From the IMG/VR virus record IMGVR_UViG_3300032213_001526, positions 1 to 58,012 of that record: DNA of 58,012 nucleotides; one strand, written 5' to 3'. Source of the DNA: a virus (Duplodnaviria; Caudoviricetes). The notes under the pieces are model-generated. The model saw nothing but the letters and a program-made list of their open reading frames with translations, had not been told where the DNA came from and did no database searches. The stretch's first letter is position 1. Each line of letters begins with the position of its first letter. Below, piece after piece: positions 27,729 to 35,412 of this stretch. A program made the translations under genes and the position numbers.

Positions 27729-28029
27729 CAACAAGTTTAGCGCGGACCGTGTGTTTACAGACCTTGACCCGTTGTTGGTCGATGTGTTCGGCAGCAGCCT
27801 CGACCACAGCTATCGGGACGATTTCTTGATGGCGTTCCGCCACGCCAAGGCGTTTAATGCGCTGGTCGCGCTGTATCGTCATCACAAGCGCGATCTGCCA
27901 GCCCCGTTCTATGGTCGACCGATGGACGACGTGATTCGTGACGCCAAGCAAGCGATCCTTGAGCGAAACAACGTGCCAGAGAGCGAGTGGGACAGCGACG
28001 GAGGCCACGACTCGTGGGTGATCGAATGA
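27721..28029 (+). CDS. hypothetical protein
   Basis: RBS ggagg; operon overlap. Confidence 0.65.
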   Translation: MADNKFSADRVFTDLDPLLVDVFGSSLDHSYRDDFLMAFRHAKAFNALVALYRHHKRDLPAPFYGRPMDDVIRDAKQAILERNNVPESEWDSDGGHDSWVIE

Positions 28030-28475
28030 CGTTTATCCTATCGCCAGACGAAGCCAACGACAAAGAGCGTGCGCTCGGCGTCACCCCAATGGATGATGCG
28101 CTTGCCTCGTACTTAGATGCGTCGGTCAGCGTGGCCCCGCTGCGTGCGATCCACGGCACGAACGGCACGTTTGACCATGACCGCAAAGCGTTGTTGGCGC
28201 GGCTTCGCATCGGGATACGCCGCAACGCGCTTGCACCAAGTCAGCGCACGATGGCTGGACGCCTCACCGACGCGGCCATTGACGATCTTGCGCACGCACA
28301 CCCTGACTATCTCGCGTTCCTAGAGCGCTCACAGGCCGAAAAGGCACAGATGGTGGAGATCGACGCCGCCATGCTCTCCCTGACCATGCTCACAAACCGC
28401 CACAACATCCTGTTGCGGATCGACCTCGCCGACCGCACAAACATGCCGCGCAGTAACAATATCCCGGAGTCATAA
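28026..28475 (+). CDS. helical hypothetical protein (weakly UvsY-like pattern)
   Basis: ATGA overlap; LTDAAIDDLAHAHPDY. Confidence 0.6.
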   Translation: MTFILSPDEANDKERALGVTPMDDALASYLDASVSVAPLRAIHGTNGTFDHDRKALLARLRIGIRRNALAPSQRTMAGRLTDAAIDDLAHAHPDYLAFLERSQAEKAQMVEIDAAMLSLTMLTNRHNILLRIDLADRTNMPRSNNIPES

Positions 28476-28858
28476 TGGATCGCTACAACACGCCAACCGG
28501 AAGAGACCGCTATGCCGATCACGTCGCGTTTGAGGTCGCGGCAAAAGCCCTGTTAGAGAAAATGCGCGAAGTAGAACAGGCGCGGGATGTCGCCTATGAG
28601 GCGGCACGTCGCCTTCTTCCGCAGATGCCGTTCGCGGCAGTGGCCAAGCGGTCGGCAATTTCTCGCAACCGCGTGTACCACGCCCTGACGTACAGGCCAA
28701 AGCTGTACATTGCTCCACTCCATGCTATCGCCGTCGCCGCACGAGAGCTTGCAGACGAGCAAAGAGCGCCTTCTACGTTTCAAGCCCCGCCTGTCAATGC
28801 GGTCGATGCCAAGGCACGCGAGGCGGTATTGGCGGAGTTTCTGGCGAGGCAGGCATGA
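28475..28858 (+). CDS. possible HTH DNA-binding protein
   Basis: MPFAAVAKRSAISRNRVYHAL. Confidence 0.55.
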   Translation: MDRYNTPTGRDRYADHVAFEVAAKALLEKMREVEQARDVAYEAARRLLPQMPFAAVAKRSAISRNRVYHALTYRPKLYIAPLHAIAVAARELADEQRAPSTFQAPPVNAVDAKAREAVLAEFLARQA

Positions 28859-29130
28859 AAGACCCCGAAATCCTCAAACACGTTCGGCTGCTCAAGCAGC
28901 ACGCCGAAACGGTCGCAGCCGCGTGTCGAGACATTGAGAAGGAGTTGGTTGGCAGCGTTTTGCTCGGTCAGGCGCCCAACCGCCGCGCGATCAACAAAAG
29001 CATCCTGCGAATCGAAAAGCGCTTTCTGGAAGGCGCAAAGCTCATTGGTATTGACCCCCCCGCGCCAACTGAGCGAAAGCCAGTTATGTTGCAGTCTCGT
29101 AGGCAACCCCCACTTACCAAGGAGACCTGA
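28855..29130 (+). CDS. hypothetical protein
   Basis: ATGA overlap. Confidence 0.6.
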   Translation: MKDPEILKHVRLLKQHAETVAAACRDIEKELVGSVLLGQAPNRRAINKSILRIEKRFLEGAKLIGIDPPAPTERKPVMLQSRRQPPLTKET

Positions 29131-29345
29131 TGGCCACGCAACGGATTACCAAGAAAGACGCACTCGCACTCTCGATTGTGCATTCGGCAGGCAACGTCAC
29201 CGCTGATCATTTGGTCGCGCTGCATCCGAACCTGAAGCCCCACGTCGCTGCTGACATGGTGAAACGCGCCGACAAGACGGTCCGCGTGATGGTCGAGCGT
29301 CGCGACATGATAGGCACGCTTATTGCTCCTCCCGCCTCGGAGTAG
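29130..29345 (+). CDS. hypothetical protein
   Basis: RBS aaggag. Confidence 0.65.
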   Translation: MATQRITKKDALALSIVHSAGNVTADHLVALHPNLKPHVAADMVKRADKTVRVMVERRDMIGTLIAPPASE

Positions 29346-29394
29346 TCATGCCTGTCACCGAAGACGCTTCCTTCCACACGAGGATTTTCACAAC

Positions 29395-29598
29395 GTGACC
29401 CTTTCCTTGACACTTCCGCTCTCGCTGCCAGTGTGGGTTTTTGGCGTGACGTTCTTGGTGTGTAGTGTCCGTGCGGTTCGTGCCGCTATTCGCGACGAAC
29501 GGACCATTGAGCCAAACGCGGGGCGATTGTCGGTCAACTTCGCCGTGTTCCTTGGCGCCATTCTCCAGTACGTCTGGATGCGGGGCAGCGGCTCATGA
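29395..29598 (+). CDS. small two-TM membrane protein
   Basis: RBS gagga, GTG start; two hydrophobic segments. Confidence 0.5.
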   Translation: MTLSLTLPLSLPVWVFGVTFLVCSVRAVRAAIRDERTIEPNAGRLSVNFAVFLGAILQYVWMRGSGS

Positions 29599-29710
29599 GC
29601 GTCACATCGTCCGATCTAAAAACCGACGGACACCATACCGCCGTCTAACTATAGCACGTAGCAAAGCAGCGCCAGTAACCCTCTTTATCTCGTGACTTCG
29701 TGGAGACCTC

Positions 29711-30271
29711 GTGCAAGACGCGCTTGACCTGCCGAACCTAAGTGGCCAGCCAGCACGGCCATCGGCCACGGTTCCAGCGATAGACCCGTTGAAGGCGCGT
29801 ATCCTGTTTTCGCTGCTACGTGCTGGTGCCCCACGGATGCCAGCAGTGCGTGCGGCACGGATCGACTACACCACGTTCAAGCGTGCGATGGTGCGTGGTG
29901 AAAAGCAGCGCGAAGGGGAGTTCCGCACGTTCTACGATGAGGTGCTGTACAACGAAGCCATGTCTGAGAACGAACTCGTTCTCGTGCTTCGGGCTGATGC
30001 TGTCGAAAACAAGAACGTCTCGACGGCCAAGTACCTACTGGAGCGTCGTCGTCGCTCGCGATGGGCGGTCGAGCGGTACGGCACTGGCAATGGCTTTGCC
30101 CCAGTCGCCGATGTGGCCGCACAAGATGCGGGTGTTCAGCTGGAAACCGAAGAGCGGTTAGCACGCATTGAAGCACTCAAGGCACTGGCCTTACAAAGAC
30201 AGACCCGCCGCCTCAAGGACGCGGAGCCGCTCGAAATTGCCGTCGTAGAACCCTTAGACGAGGACGTGTAG
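29711..30271 (+). CDS. probable terminase small subunit
   Basis: N-terminal HTH-like AVRAARIDYTTF, F..FY..V..EA, AKYLLERR...RW; upstream of the terminase large subunit. Confidence 0.65.
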   Translation: MQDALDLPNLSGQPARPSATVPAIDPLKARILFSLLRAGAPRMPAVRAARIDYTTFKRAMVRGEKQREGEFRTFYDEVLYNEAMSENELVLVLRADAVENKNVSTAKYLLERRRRSRWAVERYGTGNGFAPVADVAAQDAGVQLETEERLARIEALKALALQRQTRRLKDAEPLEIAVVEPLDEDV

Positions 30272-30543
30272 TGGACGCTCAATACCGGAAGCGACAACTC
30301 GCACGCGAATACAACGAGGCCCGTATGATGCCTCCCGTGTATTGCACAACGTGCGAGCAGATGACGCACTCCATCTTGCCGCACTCGTGCTTCTCGGCGG
30401 CAAAGCTGCGAGCGCACCGGGACGCGGAACAGGCCGTGATTGCGGCGGCGAAGGCGTGGCAAAAACTGCCAGACAACCTTTTCATGCGGGTCGATCTGCA
30501 CATAGCCGTCGACGCGCTCTGTGCGCTGGAGAAGAACGTATGA
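30271..30543 (+). CDS. small Cys/His protein, related to 31108..31305
   Basis: CTTC...H...C; AVIAAAKAW. Confidence 0.55.
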   Translation: MDAQYRKRQLAREYNEARMMPPVYCTTCEQMTHSILPHSCFSAAKLRAHRDAEQAVIAAAKAWQKLPDNLFMRVDLHIAVDALCALEKNV

Positions 30544-30953
30544 CGGACGTGAAGGAGCCGGAAGCGGTGCGAGCGTTGCGGCGCATCCGCAAAATCCTTG
30601 TTGACGTTAACGCATGGGTGGTGTACGATGACGACTTCGAGCGTTTGGAAGCGTACCCCGGCGCACTCATCGACCACATCGACACCCTCACCCGTGAGCG
30701 GGACGACGCTATTCAGTCCGCGAAGCATTCAGCGGATTGGGCCACCAGCGCCATTGAGGACATGAAAGTGTCCGCTCAACAGCGGGACGAGGCGCGTGCC
30801 GAGCGCGATGCGCTTCGGGTGGTGACGGATGCGATGGTGGAACGGGCGAGCACTGAATACCGAAAGTGGTCTGCGCCTTCTCTCCGTAGTTTGCTGGACG
30901 TGTCAACCATCCGCGCCATCCTCACCGCCGCCCTCTCGGAGGCCACGCCATGA
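30540..30953 (+). CDS. coiled-coil hypothetical protein
   Basis: ATGA overlaps; VTDAMVERA...RAILTAAL. Confidence 0.65.
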   Translation: MTDVKEPEAVRALRRIRKILVDVNAWVVYDDDFERLEAYPGALIDHIDTLTRERDDAIQSAKHSADWATSAIEDMKVSAQQRDEARAERDALRVVTDAMVERASTEYRKWSAPSLRSLLDVSTIRAILTAALSEATP

Positions 30954-31111
30954 GTGACATGGCCGATTGGCTGACCGAGCAAGGGTTGGATGCGGAAGCC
31001 GAACATGACACTTACGGATGCGAGTTCTCACCGTGTCAGATATGTGTGGACCGCGAAGTCACGCGAAAGGCCGCACAGCGCAAGCAACGCAACGCGAAAA
31101 AGGTGCAATGA
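30950..31111 (+). CDS. 53-aa hypothetical protein (not in the ORF track)
   Basis: MSDMADWLTEQG...CEFSPCQIC...; ATGA overlaps at both ends; RBS ggagg. Confidence 0.6.
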   Translation: MSDMADWLTEQGLDAEAEHDTYGCEFSPCQICVDREVTRKAAQRKQRNAKKVQ

Positions 31112-31305
31112 GTGACGTGAAAGAACTATGCGACAAATGTGGCGACTACCGCTGCATTTGTCTGAGCATCCTCACACCCGAGATGGCTGCGGTGATTGAG
31201 GCGGCAAAGGCGTGGGCCTTCTCGGATGGTTCGGAGTTCGGGTTGGACGAATGCGAGAAGCTTCTTTCCGCAGTCAACGCACTACGTTTGCGAGAAACCG
31301 CATGA
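31108..31305 (+). CDS. small Cys-rich protein
   Basis: CDKCGDYRCIC; AVIEAAKAW. Confidence 0.6.
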   Translation: MSDVKELCDKCGDYRCICLSILTPEMAAVIEAAKAWAFSDGSEFGLDECEKLLSAVNALRLRETA

Positions 31306-32945
31306 GCCACACACTCCCGCGCACCGTACGACGCAAGGCCGACCGCACGCGCAAAAAGGTGGAGCAGCGCGTCCTCGGTGACGGGGTGACGTTTGAAGGC
31401 AGCGAGTATTCGTGGATTCAGTTCTTGACGCCCAAAGAGCGAAAGGAACTGGACCTACTGCTGCTCGACGTAAAGCCGGTTCTGAGCTTTCGGCAGTTTA
31501 TTGCACTGGTCAAGCCCGAGTTTGAGTTTCACTGGTACCTCGACGTACTGATCCGCGTACTGCAAGACGTGGCAGACGGGTCGCGGACGCGAGTGATGAT
31601 CTTCATGCCGCCACGCCACGGCAAGTCGGAACTGGTCTCACGCCTTTTCCCTGCGTACTACCTGTATCGGCATCCGAAGCGGAACGTCGGCCTCGTGTCC
31701 TATGGTGCCGACCTTGCGTATGAGTTAGCGGGTGCGGCACGCGACTTGTTTTTCCGCCATGACGATGGCCAGTCTACTGCGTCCCGTGCTACAAAGAACT
31801 GGCGCACGACCAGCGGTGGCGGACTGTGGGCAGACGGTATTGGCGGCACGCTGACTGGTAAAGGCGCCAACCTGCTGATCTTGGATGACCCGACCAAGAA
31901 CGCGCAGGAGGCCGCGTCCGTGACAACACAGCGCCGGAACATTGACTGGTACTCGTCAACCTTTTCGTCCCGTAAGCAGCGGCGACAGGCTGATGGCTCT
32001 GCCTCGGCTGTCGTGGTCGTTGGCACCCGTTGGCACGAAAACGATATTCTCGGGTGGCTGCTGGCCACAGAGCGCACCTCGTCCGAGAAAACGGCGGAGC
32101 GCTGGCACGTTCTCTGCTTCCAAGCGATCAAAGATAGCGCAGACATGGAGGAGTGGCCCTCATGGTGTACGGACGAGGACGACTCTGATCCGCGTGATGA
32201 CGGCGACGCACTCAACCCTGCGTGGTTCACGATTGACGACTTGCTCAAAGAGCAGAGCAAGGGGCGGCATTACTTTGCGGCACTGTACCAACAGCGGCCT
32301 CGCCCACGCGAAGGTACGATGTTCCAGTGGCAGTGGTTTCACGTCCTCAAGGAGCCATACCTCGGCCCCGGCTTGCTGGTCATGCACTTCGACTTGGCTG
32401 GCACAGACGGTAACGTCAGCGCGGGTGCCGATTACACGGCTGGCTGTGCAATGGTTCGCACACCGGAAGGGCGCTTTATTATCCACAAGGTAGCGCGTGG
32501 CCAGTATTCACCCGCACGGCGCGATCACTTTATTAAGCAGGAAGCGTACGCGGTCGCCAACGAGTTCGGGGGTCTTCATCGGCTCCGGCTTGGCTTGGAG
32601 CAAGAGGCTGGCATTGGTGGTGCCGAGCGCATTGCGGCAGCGACCCGCGTGCTGTCCGCGTTCAGCCTTTACGTTGAGCCAGCGACCAAGTCCAAGTTCC
32701 TGCGTGCCGAACCCTTGGCCGCACAGGCAGAGCTAGGCAACGTGTGGATCGTCGAAGGGGAGTGGAACGGTGAGTTCCTTGACGAACTGTGTTCTTTCGG
32801 GCCGGACGGCGGCGGACGCAACGACGACATGGTCGATGCCGCCTCTGGTGCGATGAACAAGCTGGCAGAACTGGCTGACAACGACGTACCCCTTGTCCTG
32901 CCGGTCCTTGGCGAGATGTACAGTCCCTTCAACGACGGCGAATAA
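31302..32945 (+). CDS. terL: terminase large subunit
   Basis: MPPRHGKS Walker A, LILDDP Walker B, GTRWHENDI, YQQRP, FDLA and DDMVDA nuclease motifs. Confidence 0.95.
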   Translation: MSHTLPRTVRRKADRTRKKVEQRVLGDGVTFEGSEYSWIQFLTPKERKELDLLLLDVKPVLSFRQFIALVKPEFEFHWYLDVLIRVLQDVADGSRTRVMIFMPPRHGKSELVSRLFPAYYLYRHPKRNVGLVSYGADLAYELAGAARDLFFRHDDGQSTASRATKNWRTTSGGGLWADGIGGTLTGKGANLLILDDPTKNAQEAASVTTQRRNIDWYSSTFSSRKQRRQADGSASAVVVVGTRWHENDILGWLLATERTSSEKTAERWHVLCFQAIKDSADMEEWPSWCTDEDDSDPRDDGDALNPAWFTIDDLLKEQSKGRHYFAALYQQRPRPREGTMFQWQWFHVLKEPYLGPGLLVMHFDLAGTDGNVSAGADYTAGCAMVRTPEGRFIIHKVARGQYSPARRDHFIKQEAYAVANEFGGLHRLRLGLEQEAGIGGAERIAAATRVLSAFSLYVEPATKSKFLRAEPLAAQAELGNVWIVEGEWNGEFLDELCSFGPDGGGRNDDMVDAASGAMNKLAELADNDVPLVLPVLGEMYSPFNDGE

Positions 32946-32948
32946 CAC

Positions 32949-34238
32949 ATGGCGATTAACAACAGCAAGTTTGGCGAGATCGGTACGACGGGTCTTGTTG
33001 GTGCCAATCCGCAGTCTGGCATTGTCACTGACGAGTTCATTGCCAAGCTCAACGGGTTAAACGGCCTTCGCGCCTACCGCGAGATGGCGCTGAATGACCC
33101 CGTCTGCGGTGCCATCCTGTTCGCGATCTCCATGCTGGTGCGTGGCGTAAAGTGGACCGTGGAACCCGTGGACGAGTCGGATGCCGCCAAGGCGGACGCA
33201 GACTTTGTGGAAGGCGTGCTATTGGAGGACATGGGCCATCCATTTAACGACGTGGTGGCCGATGCCATGTCAATGCTGACCTACGGCTTTGCGGTGCAAG
33301 AGATCGTGTTCAAGACCCGTCGCGGCGCGTCCTCGTCTGGCAACCCCGGCTCCAAGTACGACGACGGCAAGATCGGCATCCATCGCCTTGCCCCACGAGG
33401 ACAGGAGACAATCTACAAGTGGGAGTTCAACGACGTAGGTGACGTCGTCGCGGTCAAACAGCAGACCGAATACAAGGGCATCGTCAGCATTCCGGCAAAC
33501 AAGTGCCTCTTGTACCGCACCGTCAACGACAAGAACAACCCCGAAGGTCGGTCGATCTTCCGTAACGCTTACATCCAGTACAAGCGCAAGCAGTTAATGG
33601 AGGAGGCTGAAGGTCGCCTTGCCCTGCGCTCGGCTGGTATTGTTGCGTTCCGGCTCCCCGCCAAGATCATGTCCGAGTCTGCCTCGCCAGACGAGAAGCG
33701 CCTATACCAAGCGTACAAGACCGCTGCGGATCGGGTGGCACAGGACCGCCAAGGGTCGATCATCCTGCCGTCTGACTCGGGGCCGGATGGCAAGCCGCTG
33801 TTTGACCTGAGCTACATCGTGGCCGATGGTCGCCGTCCGTCTGACCACACGCCCACGATCACGCGACTCAACCAGATGATCGCCACGTCGGTCCTCGCCG
33901 ACTTCGTGCTGCTCGGCCAAGATAAGGTCGGGTCATTTGCATTGTCGTCAGATAAGACGGCTCTGTTTGCGAAGGCCGTCTCGACATATCTTGGGGTGAT
34001 CTCGGACAACATGAACCGCGTGCTGCTGCCGCGCCTCTACGATCTGAACGGCATGGATCGTGAGTTGATGCCCAAGCTCGCGCACGGCGACCTCCAGTCT
34101 CCCGATATCACCGCGCTTGCTGGCTTTGTCTCGACGCTGGCTAGTGCCGGTGCCACGTTGTTCCCTGATGACACGTTGCAAGACAAGCTCATGTCGCTGG
34201 CCAACCTCCCCACCAAGGCTACCGAGACTTCGTCATGA
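32949..34238 (+). CDS. portal protein (DUF935/Mu gp29-like)
   Basis: follows terL; 429 aa; YREM..ND, ML.YGF...EIV, LAPRGQETI, NPEGRSIFR, GSFALS. Confidence 0.85.
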   Translation: MAINNSKFGEIGTTGLVGANPQSGIVTDEFIAKLNGLNGLRAYREMALNDPVCGAILFAISMLVRGVKWTVEPVDESDAAKADADFVEGVLLEDMGHPFNDVVADAMSMLTYGFAVQEIVFKTRRGASSSGNPGSKYDDGKIGIHRLAPRGQETIYKWEFNDVGDVVAVKQQTEYKGIVSIPANKCLLYRTVNDKNNPEGRSIFRNAYIQYKRKQLMEEAEGRLALRSAGIVAFRLPAKIMSESASPDEKRLYQAYKTAADRVAQDRQGSIILPSDSGPDGKPLFDLSYIVADGRRPSDHTPTITRLNQMIATSVLADFVLLGQDKVGSFALSSDKTALFAKAVSTYLGVISDNMNRVLLPRLYDLNGMDRELMPKLAHGDLQSPDITALAGFVSTLASAGATLFPDDTLQDKLMSLANLPTKATETSS

Positions 34239-34390
34239 CCAAAAACTCCTTGATCTTCCCGCGCCGGATGGTGTTGTACCAGTTCTTGCGTGGGTCCGGC
34301 ATTGCACTCGCACTCGTCATCGGCAGCCTTGGGGCACTGGTCTTCGGTGCCGTGTTCCTCGGCCTGCTCTACAACGTGGTGTTCGGGTGA
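34235..34390 (+). CDS. 51-aa single-TM membrane protein (not in the ORF track)
   Basis: MTKNSLIFPRRMVLYQFLRGSGIALALVIGSLGALVFGAVFLGLLYNVVFG; ATGA and GTGA overlaps. Confidence 0.6.
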   Translation: MTKNSLIFPRRMVLYQFLRGSGIALALVIGSLGALVFGAVFLGLLYNVVFG

Positions 34391-35412
34391 CAGAGGTCAA
34401 CAAGCGACGCGCAACCGCAGACGAATGGGATATAGTGATGGCGCTGGTGGACTCACTGTCTCCAGCGCTTGTTGCTGAAATTTTGTCGACGGTCAGCGAG
34501 ATCAACGGCACGGACTGGGTAGCTACGGTCGCCGACCTGATTGAGAACGGCGACTACAACGGGGTTGCCAACCTCCTGCTCTCGCCAGAAGCACTGGATC
34601 GCTACCGCGCCCCGTTTGGACTGGCGGTGCGCGGCGTCATGGAGGACCTTGGCGTAGCGATCATCACGCCACTGCGGCCAATTCAGCCGCCCATTGGTCC
34701 GCCAGTGGAGTTCCGCTTCGATGTGCTAGACCAGCGTGTGGTACAACAAGTCCAAAATCATTCCACGTCGCTGCTCAGTGACTTTTCCCGTAACACACGC
34801 GCAGGCGTCCGGCAGCATATCATCGACGGCGTGCGGCGTGGCGTTCACCCGCGCGAGATCGCTTCAGCGCTCCGCAAGGACAAGGTCATTGGCCTCTCTG
34901 CACGCGGGGCGCAGGCGGTTGCCAACTATCGCGCCAACCTGCTCGGCACGGATCGCAAGGCGGTTATGGCGGCAGCCCTCCAGCGAGAACTGCGAGACCG
35001 TCGATACGACACGGTGATCCAGCGTGCCATGCGGAATAACACCGGCTTACCCGAAGCCAAGGTAGACGAGATGGTCCGGCGCTATGCGGAACGGATGTTG
35101 AAGCACGAGACCGAGACCATTGCCCGAACGGAAGTCTTGCAGGCGTATGAAGCCGTGAAGCAGCAAATCTGGAACGACACGATCACGCGAGGCTACCTCG
35201 ACCCGAAGGCATACGTCAAGAAGTGGTACCTCGCGAAGGACGAGCGGACCTGCACGATCTGCAAGACCATTGTGGCGTTGAACCCCAATGGCGTGCCAGT
35301 CAACGGGTTCTTCAAGACGCCGAACGGATTGCCAGCGCTGGCCGGACCACTGGCGCACCCCAACTGCCGGTGCATCACGCTCATTACTGCTAAGCAAAAG
35401 GTCCTGTCATGA
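34387..35412 (+). CDS. MuF/SPP1 gp7-like minor head protein
   Basis: ETIARTE, KKW....DERTC.IC, PLAHPNCRC. Confidence 0.9.
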   Translation: MTEVNKRRATADEWDIVMALVDSLSPALVAEILSTVSEINGTDWVATVADLIENGDYNGVANLLLSPEALDRYRAPFGLAVRGVMEDLGVAIITPLRPIQPPIGPPVEFRFDVLDQRVVQQVQNHSTSLLSDFSRNTRAGVRQHIIDGVRRGVHPREIASALRKDKVIGLSARGAQAVANYRANLLGTDRKAVMAAALQRELRDRRYDTVIQRAMRNNTGLPEAKVDEMVRRYAERMLKHETETIARTEVLQAYEAVKQQIWNDTITRGYLDPKAYVKKWYLAKDERTCTICKTIVALNPNGVPVNGFFKTPNGLPALAGPLAHPNCRCITLITAKQKVLS

